A stretch of DNA of 64,000 nt from Isoptericola halotolerans (GCF_013149785.1 NZ_JABEZU010000001.1:62001-126000); one strand, 5' to 3'. Positions 27,783-38,554 are shown, counted from the first letter of the stretch. The notes: a model not told the origin generated them from the letters alone. Numbers and translations: made by a program.

Positions 27783-29497
27783 GACGTCACCTCCACGGGG
27801 ATCTCGACGATCGGGTTGGAGAACTTCGAGGTCCGCACGCTCAGCTCGAGGACCCACTCGCCCTCGAGCGGCAGGTCGACCGTGGCCTCGTACGTCCCGG
27901 GGCCGGCGCCGACCAGGGTCTGCTCCAGCGGCCCCACGGACGGCTGGGTGAGCCTGGCGGACAGCTCCGGGTCGGTGTCCAGCGCCCACGGTGCCCCGTC
28001 GGCGTCGAGGAGCTCCAGCTGCACGGAGTTGACGCCCACCCGACCCGGGGTCACCTGGGCGCGGAGAGTGCCGTCCTCGAGGTCCCGGGTGACCTCGGTG
28101 GGCGAAGCGGGCGCCGTCGAGTCCGCAGCGCCTGGCGGGGCGGCGGACGAGGGCTCGGGGGACAGGGACACCAGGAGAGCCGTCACGCCCAGGACGAGCC
28201 CGAGGAGCGCGGCCTCCGCCGTGACCATCCGGCGCAGCTGGCGTCTGACGGCGTCGTCCCCGCCGTGGCCCGCGCGGTCCCGGACGATGCCCGGGACGAG
28301 CCGGTAGTGGTTCCAGGTGGCGATCATGACGACGTACAGCACGATCACCGTCTTGGTCAGCAGCGCGACGCCGTACGACGTCGTCCACAGGGCGTCGAGC
28401 GTGCCGAGGACGCGCCAGGCGAGGAGGATGCCGGTCAGGGCGACGGCGACCAGGAGGGTGGCGCCCAGGGCCGAGAAGCGGGCGACCGTCCGCGCGGCAC
28501 GGCGCGGGTCCACCTGGCTGGAGGGCATCAGGACGAGGGCCAGCCCCACGACGCCACCCAGCCACACCGCCCCGGCGAGCACGTGCAGCACGTCCGCGGA
28601 GACCACGAGCCACAGCGGCGTCGCGGTCCGCGTGTGCCCGACCAGTGCCAGGGCTCCCAGTGCCAGGGTCGCTCCGCCGAGCGAGACGCCGGCGGGCCAG
28701 AGAGCCCGCCGGTCACGCCCTGCCCGGGCGGCGAAGGCCGTCGCGAGGACCAGACCTGCGACGCCGATCAGGCCCGCGACCGCCGTGTCCGACGTCGCGG
28801 AGGCGGTCCACGTGCCGGCCGTGGCCAGGGCGTCCGTCCCCGCCCCGGCCTGCCACCCCTCGGTGGCCGGGGCGAGCACCACGGCCCCGACGACGGCGGC
28901 ACCCAGCGCGACGTACCGCGTGCGTTGCAGGCGACGACGCAGCACGGGGGCCGCTCCCGGCGAGACGTGCAGCACGAGCAGCTCGAAGGCGACCAGCCCC
29001 GCGACGAGGAACGTCCCGGCGTAGACCGTCACCTGGGCGGCCGTGCGGACGCCGGCCAGGTCGAGCGCGGAGGCCCGCTCGCCCGGCGCGGGCCCGACCG
29101 GTTCGGCCGTCGCGCTGGGCTCGCCGACCGAGAAGGAGAACGCGCCGGCCACCGGGTGGGTGTCCAGCGAGATGACGCGCCAGCTCACGACGTACGTGCC
29201 GTCCTCGAGCTCGGCGCCGGGGGTGACGACGAGCGTGCTGTCGGTGGCCGCGACCTCCACGTCCACGGGCAGCCCGTCCGGGGACAGCAGCGTGGTGGCC
29301 TCGGGAACCGCCTGGACGGGCTCGTTGAAGTCGAGCGTCAGGCGTTCGGGCGGGGCGTCGAGCACGGCGCCGTCCCGAGGGTCGGTCTCCTCGAGGACGG
29401 CGTGCGCCGCGGCCGGGCCGCTCGCGAGGAACGCGAGCAGGATCCCGGCCGCGGCGCCCAGCACGACCGACCGCACCCGTCGTGACGAAGGGTGCAT
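27779..29497 (-). CDS. CopC-CopD fusion (YcnJ-like) copper uptake protein with C-terminal soluble domain
   Basis: AAA-HAVLEETDP, WRVISLDTHPVAG (CopC); GHT..DVLHVLAGAVWLGG, RFS, YG..L..K (CopD). Confidence 0.9.
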   Translation of the reverse strand: MHPSSRRVRSVVLGAAAGILLAFLASGPAAAHAVLEETDPRDGAVLDAPPERLTLDFNEPVQAVPEATTLLSPDGLPVDVEVAATDSTLVVTPGAELEDGTYVVSWRVISLDTHPVAGAFSFSVGEPSATAEPVGPAPGERASALDLAGVRTAAQVTVYAGTFLVAGLVAFELLVLHVSPGAAPVLRRRLQRTRYVALGAAVVGAVVLAPATEGWQAGAGTDALATAGTWTASATSDTAVAGLIGVAGLVLATAFAARAGRDRRALWPAGVSLGGATLALGALALVGHTRTATPLWLVVSADVLHVLAGAVWLGGVVGLALVLMPSSQVDPRRAARTVARFSALGATLLVAVALTGILLAWRVLGTLDALWTTSYGVALLTKTVIVLYVVMIATWNHYRLVPGIVRDRAGHGGDDAVRRQLRRMVTAEAALLGLVLGVTALLVSLSPEPSSAAPPGAADSTAPASPTEVTRDLEDGTLRAQVTPGRVGVNSVQLELLDADGAPWALDTDPELSARLTQPSVGPLEQTLVGAGPGTYEATVDLPLEGEWVLELSVRTSKFSNPIVEIPVEVTS

Positions 29498-29504
29498 GAT
29501 CGGC

Positions 29505-30263
29505 TCAGGCCTGGCGGGACCGGGTGCGCAGCAGCGCGACGAGCCCGAGCACGGCGCCGACCGCGCCGAGGCCGAGCGCGGTCCACGTCACCGCCGAGGT
29601 GCCGGACGAGTCGGTCGACGACGCCGACGCCGACGAATCCGTGGAGCTCGCCGTGTCGGCCCCGGTCGTCGAGGTGTCCGCTGTGTCCTCTGCCGTCTCG
29701 TCCCCGGCCTCGTCGTGCGCGTGGTCGGGCCCGTCCCCGGCTGTCACCTCGAAGGACGGCGCCGGCAGGTCGAGGTCGTGCGGGTCCTGACCGTCCTGAG
29801 CGACCTGGACCCAGGCGCTCTCGCCCTCGGTGCACGTCTGGACCGCGGGGAAGATCAGCTCGCCGGGCTCGTCCGGGAGCTTGACCGACAGCTCGAAGGC
29901 GTCGCGCAGGTCGGCGGGCAGCGGCGAGCCCGTCGTGTAGACGACCTCGGCGACCCGCTCGGTGCGCTGGCCGCCGTGACCGTCGTCCTGCGGCTCGTCG
30001 AGGTCCTCCATGACCTTCTCGACCTCCCAGCCCGCCTGGACCGACGGGGTCACCGTGGCGATCTCCTCGGGGATCTGGATGGCGACCTCGGTGGTGGGGG
30101 AGGTGCCGCAGCCGTGCGGGACGCCGAACGTCAGCAGGGCGTACGACCCGGCCGACGTCGTGTCGGGGGTGACGGAGACGTGGGCGGACGCAGCGCCCGC
30201 ACCGGCCAGGACGAGGCCGGAGGCCAGGGTGAGTGCGCCGACGGCGCGGAGGTTCTTTCGCAT
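29505..30263 (-). CDS. YcnI-family copper-binding protein
   Basis: ASA-HVSVTP, FGVPHGC, FPAVQTC..W, LPAP, C-terminal TM. Confidence 0.9.
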   Translation of the reverse strand: MRKNLRAVGALTLASGLVLAGAGAASAHVSVTPDTTSAGSYALLTFGVPHGCGTSPTTEVAIQIPEEIATVTPSVQAGWEVEKVMEDLDEPQDDGHGGQRTERVAEVVYTTGSPLPADLRDAFELSVKLPDEPGELIFPAVQTCTEGESAWVQVAQDGQDPHDLDLPAPSFEVTAGDGPDHAHDEAGDETAEDTADTSTTGADTASSTDSSASASSTDSSGTSAVTWTALGLGAVGAVLGLVALLRTRSRQA

Positions 30264-30362
30264 GTCATGCCTTTCGCCAAGAGGGGTGCGCGCCGTACGA
30301 GGGCACGACGACGTGCCGCGGGCGCGCGGGAGCGGGACGCCGGGCCGGGCGTCCGAGGGATC

Positions 30363-30911
30363 TCAGGCGATGACAGGCGGGGCGCGCCCCTGGGCGGGGC
30401 TGTGGCGCCGGGAGCATGCCGGGACGGGCAGGTCCCGGACGGCACGCCGGGCCGCGCCGACCACCCCGAGGACGCGGTCGGTGGTGGGGATGCGGTGGGA
30501 CCACCACCGCCACCACCGCCACAGCAGCGACTCGCCGTAGCGGAGCCCGAGCGCGATCACGACGTCGGCGAGGACGTGGGCAGCGAGCATCACCAGGGGC
30601 GCCGCGGGGTCGTCGTGCACATGCCCGTGGTGGTGTGCGGGGTGCGCGGTGAGGGCGGCGCCCTGCTCGAAGCCGACGTGCAGCAGGACCTGGCCGACGC
30701 CCAGCCCGGCGAGCATCCACGGCAGGCGGACCTCACGCCGGCAGAGGGGGCGGACGATCACGGCCGTCAGGGCGAGGGCCACCAGGAGAGGGACAGCCCC
30801 CGGGATGGAGCCTCCCGCCAGCACGTGGGCGCCGAGGGAGGGCAGCACGATCGCGGCGGCGAGGAGAAGTGCCCGCACCTCGCGCAGCAGTCCCGTGCCA
30901 GGCGATCTCAC
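30363..30911 (-). CDS. His-containing membrane protein heading the copper operon
   Basis: GAHVLAGG, GQVLLHVGF, HPAHHHGHVH loop, MLAAHVLA, C-terminal RAPP; leaderless GTG after TAGGAT. Confidence 0.75.
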   Translation of the reverse strand: MRSPGTGLLREVRALLLAAAIVLPSLGAHVLAGGSIPGAVPLLVALALTAVIVRPLCRREVRLPWMLAGLGVGQVLLHVGFEQGAALTAHPAHHHGHVHDDPAAPLVMLAAHVLADVVIALGLRYGESLLWRWWRWWSHRIPTTDRVLGVVGAARRAVRDLPVPACSRRHSPAQGRAPPVIA

Positions 30912-31033
30912 GGAGGCGATCCTAGCGGCGGCGCGTCGGCCGCGGCAGAGCCGTCGTGCCGGTCCACCGGTGCTGTGGACCGCGGTGCCCGAGCACGGCA
31001 GGATGGAGAGGCACCCGACGAGCGGAGAACTTG

Positions 31034-31342
31034 ATGGGAACACCGAAGAAGACCCGCACGAAGCGCGGGGGCCCGCCCTCGCTGTTCAAGATGGTGATGT
31101 TCGCCCTCGTCGTGGCGGCCGTCACCAAGGAGCTGCAGAAGGACCCGGAGGACCGGGAGTGGCACGGCACCGTCGCCGGGTTCGTGCCGTACGAGTTCCG
31201 CGTCCCGACCCTCCAGCGCATCAAGGAGCGCGTGTGGGACCCCGCGGGGGAGCACTTCCTGAGCCCTCACGTGTTCGGGGTCGGCTGGACGGTCAACGTC
31301 GGTCGCATCGTCGCCGTCGTGCGGGAGAAGGTGACCGACTGA
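31034..31342 (+). CDS. Small membrane protein, DUF5808-like
   Basis: REWHGTVAGFVPYEFR.PT...WDP...PHVFGVGWTVN. Confidence 0.78.
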   Translation: MGTPKKTRTKRGGPPSLFKMVMFALVVAAVTKELQKDPEDREWHGTVAGFVPYEFRVPTLQRIKERVWDPAGEHFLSPHVFGVGWTVNVGRIVAVVREKVTD

Positions 31343-31382
31343 CGCTCGGCCCGCTGACGCCCGGCCGCCGGGCGGAGCGGCC

Positions 31383-32918
31383 GTGCTGACGTTCCTCGCC
31401 GCGCTGCCGATCGCCGTGATCCTCGTGCTCATGGTGGCAGCGCGGTGGTCCGCCGCGGCCGCGGGCGCGACGGCTGCCGTCGGCACGCTGGCGCTGGCGC
31501 TGACGGTGTTCGGCTACGGCGGTCAGGAGTTCCCGTTCGGGCCGGTCGAGGGTGTCGTCGGGGTGCTGGTCCGGGCCGCCTGGGTGGCCCTGACGGTCAT
31601 GCTGATCATCGGCCCGGCCCTCGGCATCCATCACCTGCAGCAGCGCACCGGTGCCACCTCGGCCCTGGAGGCCGGGCTCGCGCGCATCACCCCGGACCCG
31701 CGGGTCGCCGCGCTGCTCATCGTGTGGTTCTTCTGCCTGCTCATCGAGGGCGCGGCCGGGTTCGGCACGCCCGTGGCGCTCGCGGCACCCTTCCTGGTGG
31801 CGGCGGGCTTCCGGCCGGTGACCGCCGTCGTCGGCGCGATGGTCGGGCACGCCTCGGCCGTGCCGTTCGCCGCCGTCGGGACGCCCACGCTCGCGCAGCT
31901 CGCGATCGTGGACTACCCGGCGCGCGAGCTGGCCTGGGCCGTCGCGCCGTACACGGCGGTGGCGGGGCTCGTGCTGGCGTTCGTCGTCGCGCGGCTGGTC
32001 GGGACACTGGTGCCCACGGCAGGGCCGCCGTACGGGTGGATGGCCGTCGCGTACGTCGCGTTCTTCGCACCGAACCTGCTCATCGCCCGGTTCGTCGGTC
32101 CCGAGCTGCCGTCGCTGGTCGGGGCGATCGTCGGCGCGGGGGCCTTCGTGCTCGCGGTGAGGGCCGTCGTCCGACGCCGGTCGCCCGCACCCGCGGAGAC
32201 CACCGCGCCCCCCGTCGAGGTGCCCGTGCGCGCGGCACCGACGATGAGCTTCCTCGCGGCGACCGCGCCCTACCTCGTGCTCGTGGTGCTGGTGCTGCTC
32301 ACCCGCCTGGTGGTGCCGGTGCGCGAGGCGGCCCGGTCCGTGGTGTGGGAGTGGGAGGTCTTCGGCCACTTCTCCGAGAGCATCGAGCCCCTCTACCACC
32401 CGGGCCTGCTGCTGGCGCTGGCCTTCGTCGCCGGGGCCCTGTGGCAGCGCGCGGCCGTCGCCGACATGGGGCTGGCCTTCCGGCGCGCGACGCTCCAGGT
32501 GGTGCCCGTCTTCGTCGCCCTGCTGGCGATGGTGACCGTGGCGTTCACGATGTCCGAGGCGGGGATGACCACCCAGCTCGCGGTCGCGGCGGCCGGCGCC
32601 GGTGCGCTGTGGCCCGTGCTCTCGCCCTTCGTCGGCGCGCTCGGCACGTTCATGACCGGCTCGGCCACGGCGTCGAACATCCTGTTCACCGAGTTCCAGG
32701 ACCAGACGGCGCTCGCGGCGGACCTGGACCCCGTGCCGCTGCTCGGCGCGCAGGGCGCGGGAGCCGCGATCGGCAACATCATCTGCCCGCACAACGTGGT
32801 CGCGGCCGCAGCGACCGTGGGGCTCGGCGGGCGCGAGGGTCAGGTGCTGCAGAAGGCGCTGCCCGTCGCGGCGGTCTGCCTCGTGCTCATCGGCGCGATG
32901 GCCTGGCTGATCGTCTGA
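31383..32918 (+). CDS. L-lactate permease (LctP family)
   Basis: FCLLIEGAAGFGTP, FAAVGTP, FMTGSATASNILF, GNIICPHN. Confidence 0.9.
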   Translation: MLTFLAALPIAVILVLMVAARWSAAAAGATAAVGTLALALTVFGYGGQEFPFGPVEGVVGVLVRAAWVALTVMLIIGPALGIHHLQQRTGATSALEAGLARITPDPRVAALLIVWFFCLLIEGAAGFGTPVALAAPFLVAAGFRPVTAVVGAMVGHASAVPFAAVGTPTLAQLAIVDYPARELAWAVAPYTAVAGLVLAFVVARLVGTLVPTAGPPYGWMAVAYVAFFAPNLLIARFVGPELPSLVGAIVGAGAFVLAVRAVVRRRSPAPAETTAPPVEVPVRAAPTMSFLAATAPYLVLVVLVLLTRLVVPVREAARSVVWEWEVFGHFSESIEPLYHPGLLLALAFVAGALWQRAAVADMGLAFRRATLQVVPVFVALLAMVTVAFTMSEAGMTTQLAVAAAGAGALWPVLSPFVGALGTFMTGSATASNILFTEFQDQTALAADLDPVPLLGAQGAGAAIGNIICPHNVVAAAATVGLGGREGQVLQKALPVAAVCLVLIGAMAWLIV

Positions 32919-32945
32919 GGCCGGTCGAGCCCGCGCGGCGAGACC

Positions 32946-33374
32946 CTACTCGTCGATCGCGAGAGGGGCGGAGGTCAGCGTCGGGCCGTCGGTGACGGTG
33001 AGCTCAGCGGTCACCACGGTGCCGGCGGACAGGTCCGGGGGCAGGGCGACCTGCATGTCGAGGACGCCGGACTCGGACGTGAGGACGGTGCCGTCGGCGA
33101 TGGCCGGGGGCGGCCCGGCGGGCTCGCCGTCGGCGAGCAGGGCGAGCCCGGTCACGTCGAGCGGCTCCATCGTCTCGCCCTGGCCGTCGTCGCAGCCGGA
33201 CAGCAGGTTCTCCCCGTGCAGGGTGACGAGGTCACCGGCCGAGGCCGAGTCGACGGCCCAGCGCAGCTCGGGCGCCGCGCAGGCGGCCGAGCCTCCGGCG
33301 TCCTCGGCCGCGCACCCCGTCAGGGGCATCGCGAGGAGGGCGGCCAGGGCGAGGAAGGCTCTGCGGCGTGTCAT
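32946..33374 (-). CDS. Hypothetical lipoprotein
   Basis: [21 protein letters not shown] lipobox; TACGCT -10 six nt before the ATG. Confidence 0.7.
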   Translation of the reverse strand: MTRRRAFLALAALLAMPLTGCAAEDAGGSAACAAPELRWAVDSASAGDLVTLHGENLLSGCDDGQGETMEPLDVTGLALLADGEPAGPPPAIADGTVLTSESGVLDMQVALPPDLSAGTVVTAELTVTDGPTLTSAPLAIDE

Positions 33375-33407
33375 GTCTCGAGCGTAGGAGGTCGACGCCT
33401 CGGAATG

Positions 33408-33478
33408 GCAAACGTTTGCTGGTTCAGCAGTGCATGGCTCCTTGACCGTTGTGCAGCAGCCATGACAACGTTTGCCAT
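33408..33478. promoter_or_regulatory. uxuA promoter with two LacI-type operators
   Basis: GCAAACGTTTGC (33408-33419) and ATGACAACGTTTGCCAT (33462-33478) flanking TTGACC at 33442-33447. Confidence 0.65.
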
Positions 33479-33506
33479 CGACGACGGAGCGACACGGAGG
33501 ACGACG

Positions 33507-34688
33507 ATGGAGCACACCTGGCGCTGGTTCGGACCCCAGGACCCGATCACGCTGGCGGACGTCCGACAGACCGGCGCGACCGGCGTCGTCACCGCCCTGC
33601 ACCACGTCCCCAACGGCGAGGTGTGGACCGTCGAGGAGATCACCGAGCGCCGCGAGATGATCGAGGCGGCGGGCCTGCGCTGGTCGGTGGTGGAGAGCAT
33701 CCCCGTGCACGACGACGTCAAGCGCCGTGCGCCCGGGTACGAGCGGTGGCTCGAGACCTACGCGCAGAGCGTGCGCAACGTCGCCGCGTGCGGCATCGAC
33801 GTCATCTGCTACAACTTCATGCCGGTGCTGGACTGGGTGCGCACCGACCTCGCCTACCCGCTGCCGGACGGGGCGCTGGCGCTGCGGTTCGACCAGGACG
33901 CCTTCGCCGCCTTCGACCTCTTCCTGCTGGAGCGCCCCGGCGCCGAGGGCGACTACTCCGACGCGGAGATCGAGCGGGCCCGCCGCCACCTGGACGCGAT
34001 GACGCCGCCCGAGGTCGACCGGCTCGTCGCCACCGTCTCCGCGGGCCTGCCCGGGTCGGAGGAGACCTGGACCCTCGACGGGCTGCGCGCCGAGCTCGCG
34101 GCCTACGCCGAGGTGGACGACGCCGCGCTGCGGTCCGCGCTGGTCGAGTTCCTCGAGGCGATCGTCCCCGTGGCCGAGGAGTGCGGCGTGCGGCTCGGCA
34201 TCCACCCGGACGACCCGCCGCGCCCCGTGCTCGGGCTGCCGCGGATCATGTCCACCGCGGCCGACGCGCGCTGGCTGCTCGACGCCGTGCCCAGCCCCAC
34301 CAGCGGGCTGACCTTCTGCACCGGCTCCTTCGGCGTGCTGCCGGAGAACGACCTCGTCGCGATGGTCGACGAGCTCGCGCCGCGCATCCACTTCGCGCAC
34401 CTGCGCTCCACCCGTCGCGAGTCCGACCCGCGCACCTTCCACGAGGCTGCGCACCTGGGCGGCGACGTCGACATGGTGGGCGTGATCGACGCCCTCGTGC
34501 GCGAGGAGCTGCGTCGCGAGGAGCACGGCGGGGCGCGGATCCCGATGCGCCCGGACCACGGGCACCTGCTGCTCGCCGAGCAGACCTCCGAGCGGGCCTC
34601 CGCCGTCCCTGGCTACTCGCTGGTCGGGCGGCTCAAGGGGCTGGCCGAGCTGCGCGGCGTCGAGCTGGCGGTGCGGCAGCGACGCTGA
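33507..34688 (+). CDS. uxuA: Mannonate dehydratase
   Basis: [51 protein letters not shown]. Confidence 0.96.
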   Translation: MEHTWRWFGPQDPITLADVRQTGATGVVTALHHVPNGEVWTVEEITERREMIEAAGLRWSVVESIPVHDDVKRRAPGYERWLETYAQSVRNVAACGIDVICYNFMPVLDWVRTDLAYPLPDGALALRFDQDAFAAFDLFLLERPGAEGDYSDAEIERARRHLDAMTPPEVDRLVATVSAGLPGSEETWTLDGLRAELAAYAEVDDAALRSALVEFLEAIVPVAEECGVRLGIHPDDPPRPVLGLPRIMSTAADARWLLDAVPSPTSGLTFCTGSFGVLPENDLVAMVDELAPRIHFAHLRSTRRESDPRTFHEAAHLGGDVDMVGVIDALVREELRREEHGGARIPMRPDHGHLLLAEQTSERASAVPGYSLVGRLKGLAELRGVELAVRQRR

Positions 34689-34697
34689 CCGGCGCCG

Positions 34698-36209
34698 TCA
34701 GCCGGACCGTCGGGGCGCGCGGACCAGCGGCTCGACGCTCGCGTAGCCGTCGTCCAGGTCGGTGGGACCGCCGGCGTCCCAGGCCCGCGTGGCGCCCGGG
34801 TCGTCGGTCCAAGCCGTCCACCCCGGGTCGAGCGTCGTGACGAACCTCGACGCCGCACCGTGCACGTCGTCCGCCAGGCGCTGCGGCGGGTCGTCCCCGG
34901 CGAGCCGACGCACCCCGGGCGCGTCGAGGACGTCGAAGAAGAACGGCACGTCGAGGCAGTGCAGCGCGATGCCGTGCGTCGGCGAGGGCCAGGTGAACCG
35001 GTACGCCCAGGTCCGGGCGGGCCCCTGCGCAGCGTCACGAGCGCTGGCGACCTCCACCACCGTGCGCCGGAAGACCATGTCGGTGACGTACCTGCCCAGC
35101 AACCGGGCGGTGCCCTGCGCGCGGAGCCCGGCGTTCGCCGCGAGGTAGGCGCGGCGACGGGAGCGCGGCACCCTGAGCGCCGCCAGCGCGAGGGTCGGCG
35201 GCACCCACCGGAGTGCTCGAGCGGCACCGTCGAGCACCATCGAGAACTCGTCGTCGGCCGTGCCGAGCACGAGCGGCTTGTCCGCGCCCGCCCCGGCGCG
35301 GAGCGACGCGACCGTCGGGCGGAGCAGCAGCTCGCCGTCGACGACGGGCCCGAGCGTCGCGCCGTGCGTCAGCTGGTCGACGGCGGCGGTGAGGCGCCCG
35401 CGTCCTGGAGGCCTGGTCGCGTCCTGCTGCAGCGCGAGCAGGCGTCCCTCGGGCACGCGTCGGAACCCGTCGACCGTGGCGTCGACGCCGGCAGCGCTCG
35501 CCAGGCGTCGCGCCACCTGGCGGGCACGGATCTCGGGAACGTCCCCGAGCGCGCCGGACAGGCACCACACGGCACGGAACAGGTGATGGGCGGCGGGCAT
35601 CCCCAGCAGGGTGAGCACCGCCCCGCCGCCGGCCGACTGCCCGGCGATCGTCACCCGGTCCGGGTCGCCGCCGAACGCCGTGATGTTCTCCTGGACCCAC
35701 TCCAGCGCGAGGAGCCAGTCCCGCACGCCCCGGTTCGACGGTGCGCCGTCGACCCACCCGAAGCCGTCGAAGCCCAGCCGGTACGACAGGGTGACGGTGA
35801 CGACGCCGTCGCGCGCGAACGCCGCGCCGTCGTACCAGGGGCTCGCGGGCGACCCGGAGGTGTAGCCACCGCCGTGGACGTAGACGAGGACGGGAAGCCG
35901 GGCGGTGCTGACAGGTGCGGGAGTGAAGACGTTGACGTTCAGCGTCGCGTCGCCCGGGACGGACGGCTCCGGGATGAGGGTGATGCCGGCGTCGCCCCGC
36001 TGCGGCGTCGGGCCGAAGGTACCGGTGTCGCGGACGCCGTCCCACCGTGCGTGCGGCACGGGTGCGGCGAAGCGGCGATCGCCCGTGGGGGGTTCGGCAT
36101 AGGGGATACCGAGGAACACCGCCGCCGACGGCGACGCGGCCGACGCCTCGCTCCAGGTGCCTCGCGCCCGGCCGGCACGAGTGCGGACCTCGGGGCGGTT
36201 GCCCTGCAT
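34698..36209 (-). CDS. Type-B carboxylesterase/lipase
   Basis: FLGIPYA, VHGGGY, VTIAGQSAGG nucleophile elbow, HCLDVPF. Confidence 0.92.
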   Translation of the reverse strand: MQGNRPEVRTRAGRARGTWSEASAASPSAAVFLGIPYAEPPTGDRRFAAPVPHARWDGVRDTGTFGPTPQRGDAGITLIPEPSVPGDATLNVNVFTPAPVSTARLPVLVYVHGGGYTSGSPASPWYDGAAFARDGVVTVTLSYRLGFDGFGWVDGAPSNRGVRDWLLALEWVQENITAFGGDPDRVTIAGQSAGGGAVLTLLGMPAAHHLFRAVWCLSGALGDVPEIRARQVARRLASAAGVDATVDGFRRVPEGRLLALQQDATRPPGRGRLTAAVDQLTHGATLGPVVDGELLLRPTVASLRAGAGADKPLVLGTADDEFSMVLDGAARALRWVPPTLALAALRVPRSRRRAYLAANAGLRAQGTARLLGRYVTDMVFRRTVVEVASARDAAQGPARTWAYRFTWPSPTHGIALHCLDVPFFFDVLDAPGVRRLAGDDPPQRLADDVHGAASRFVTTLDPGWTAWTDDPGATRAWDAGGPTDLDDGYASVEPLVRAPRRSG

Positions 36210-36317
36210 CTCCGCCCACCTCCTCGGCCCGGTAGGGCAAGGGTGCACCGCGCCCTGGAGGGTCGCAACGGCGCCTGGTGCTGACCGGCGGGCACGGTTG
36301 CGCGAGGATGGCTGGCG

Positions 36318-37559
36318 ATGAGCACCGAGATCACGCCGGGTGGCCCGGACCGGACGGCCCGCCGAGCGCGGGCCGCCGTCGCCGCGCTCTTCCTGACGAA
36401 CGGCGCTCTCTTCGCCAACCTGCTGCCCCGCTACCCGGAGATCAAGGCCTCCCTCGAGCTCAGCAACACGGTCTACGGTCTCGCGGTCGTCGCCTTCCCC
36501 GCGGGCGCGATGATCTCGGGGTTCGCCACCGGTGCCGCCGTCCGCCGGTTCGGGTCGGCGCGGATCGCCGCCGTCGGCACGGTCCTGACCTCTGTGGGGG
36601 TGCTGTGCGCGGGCGCCGCCCCGGTGCTGTGGGTCTTCGTCGCCGCGCTGCTGTTCGCCGGAGCGTCGGACGCCTTCACCGACGTCGGGCAGAACGCCCA
36701 CGGGCTGCGGGTCCAGCGCCGCTACGGGCGATCGATCTTCAACTCCTTCCACGCCCTGTGGTCCGTCGGCAGCGTCGTGGGCGGGGCGATGTCTGCCGGT
36801 GCGATCGCCCTCGAGGTCCCGCTCGGGGTGCACCTGGCCGTCTCGGGCACGCTGTTCTCCGCGGTGGCGCTCGTCGCGCTGCGCTTCTGTCTGCCCGGCT
36901 CCGACGGCGAGGAGCGCGCCGCGGCCCACGCTGCGGCGCCACCGGCCGGTGTCGCGTCGTCGACGGTCGGGGGTCGCCGACCGAGCGGCCGGACGGTGTT
37001 CCTGCTGGTGGCGTTCGTCGTGGTCGCGATCTCCGGGACCGTGGTGGAGGAGGCCACGAACTCCTGGGCGGCCGTCTACCTGTCCGGGTCGCTGGACACC
37101 TCGGGCGCCGTGGCCGCCACCGCGTTCATCGCGTTCATGGCCGCCGAGTTCGTCGGACGGGCCACCGGTGACCGGTTCGTCGACCGGTTCGGCCAGCGGG
37201 CCGTCGCCCGTGCCGGTGGGCTGCTGGTGGCGGCGGCGATGGGCCTGGCGCTCGCCTTCCCGTCCGTGCCGGGCACCGTCGCCGGGTTCGCCGTCGCCGG
37301 CTTCGGGGTCGCGACGGTGATCCCCGCCGCGATGCACGCGGCCGACGAGCTGCCGGGCCTGCGCCCCGGCACCGGGTTGATGGTCGTCACGTGGCTGATG
37401 CGCCTCGGGTTCCTCCTGACGCCGCCGGTCGTCGGGCTGGTCTCCGACGGGAGCAGCCTGCGCGTCGGCCTGCTGGTCGTTCCCCTGGCCGGGGTGGCGA
37501 TCGTCCTGGCCGGAGTGCTCCTGCAAGGCCGCCGCACGACCCCGAGGATCGACCTATGA
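36318..37559 (+). CDS. MFS transporter
   Basis: About 12 hydrophobic segments, DVGQNAHG, FHALWSVG, GDRFVDRFG. Confidence 0.9.
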   Translation: MSTEITPGGPDRTARRARAAVAALFLTNGALFANLLPRYPEIKASLELSNTVYGLAVVAFPAGAMISGFATGAAVRRFGSARIAAVGTVLTSVGVLCAGAAPVLWVFVAALLFAGASDAFTDVGQNAHGLRVQRRYGRSIFNSFHALWSVGSVVGGAMSAGAIALEVPLGVHLAVSGTLFSAVALVALRFCLPGSDGEERAAAHAAAPPAGVASSTVGGRRPSGRTVFLLVAFVVVAISGTVVEEATNSWAAVYLSGSLDTSGAVAATAFIAFMAAEFVGRATGDRFVDRFGQRAVARAGGLLVAAAMGLALAFPSVPGTVAGFAVAGFGVATVIPAAMHAADELPGLRPGTGLMVVTWLMRLGFLLTPPVVGLVSDGSSLRVGLLVVPLAGVAIVLAGVLLQGRRTTPRIDL

Positions 37560-38542
37560 CCCACCTGCCGTTCGCCGAGCTGCACCTGCACCTCGAGGGG
37601 ACGCTGGAGCCGGAGCTCGTGATGGAGCTCGCCCGGCGCAACGACGTGACCCTCCCGTACCGCGACGTCGAGGAGCTGCGGGCGGCCTACGCGTTCCGTG
37701 ACCTGCAGTCGTTCCTGGACCTCTACTACGCGAACATGGCCGTGCTGCGGACCCGGCAGGACTTCGCCGACATGACCGCCGCCTACCTCGCCCGCGCGGC
37801 GACGGCAGGGGTGCGGCACGCGGAGATCATGTTCGACCCCCAGGCGCACCTGGTCCGCGGCGTCCCGCTGGAGGTGGTCGTCGAGGGGATCGCCTCGGTG
37901 CTCGCCACCAGCGAGGACGACCACGGGGTCTCCACGCTGCTCATCGCGGCGTTCCTGCGGGACCGACCGGAGGACGAGGCGCTCGACGTGCTCGACCGGT
38001 TGCTGGCCCGGGGGGCCCCGATCGCCGGGATCGGGCTGGACTCCGCGGAGGTGGGCAACCCGCCGGCGAGGTTCGCCCGCCTCTTCGCCCGCGCGCGGGA
38101 GGCCGGGCTGCACCTCGTGGCGCACGCGGGGGAGGAGGGACCGGCGTCGTACGTCACGGACGCGCTCGACGTGCTGGGGGTGGAACGCATCGACCACGGC
38201 ATCCGCTCGCTGGACGACGACGCGCTCGTGGCCCGGCTGGTCGCCGAGCAGGTGCCGATGACGGTGTGCCCGCTGTCGAACGTCGCCCTGCGGGCGGTCG
38301 ACACGCTCGCCGACCACCCGGTCGTGGAGATGCTGGAGCGTGGGCTGAACGTCTCGGTGCACTCCGACGACCCCGCGTACTTCGGCGGCTACCTCGACGA
38401 CAACCTCGACGCGCTCGGCTCCTCGCTCGGGCTCACGCGCGAGCAGCGGATCCGGCTCGCGGAGAACTCCGTGCGGTCGTCGTTCCTGCCCGCCGACCGG
38501 CGTGAGGAGCTGCTCGCGCAGATCGCCGCGGCGTCGGCCTGA
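37556..38542 (+). CDS. add: Adenosine/adenine deaminase
   Basis: ELHLHLEGTLEP, AHAGEEG, RIDHG, VCPLSN, SDDPAYF. Confidence 0.9.
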   Translation: MTHLPFAELHLHLEGTLEPELVMELARRNDVTLPYRDVEELRAAYAFRDLQSFLDLYYANMAVLRTRQDFADMTAAYLARAATAGVRHAEIMFDPQAHLVRGVPLEVVVEGIASVLATSEDDHGVSTLLIAAFLRDRPEDEALDVLDRLLARGAPIAGIGLDSAEVGNPPARFARLFARAREAGLHLVAHAGEEGPASYVTDALDVLGVERIDHGIRSLDDDALVARLVAEQVPMTVCPLSNVALRAVDTLADHPVVEMLERGLNVSVHSDDPAYFGGYLDDNLDALGSSLGLTREQRIRLAENSVRSSFLPADRREELLAQIAAASA

Positions 38543-38554
38543 CCGCCGTCCGGC

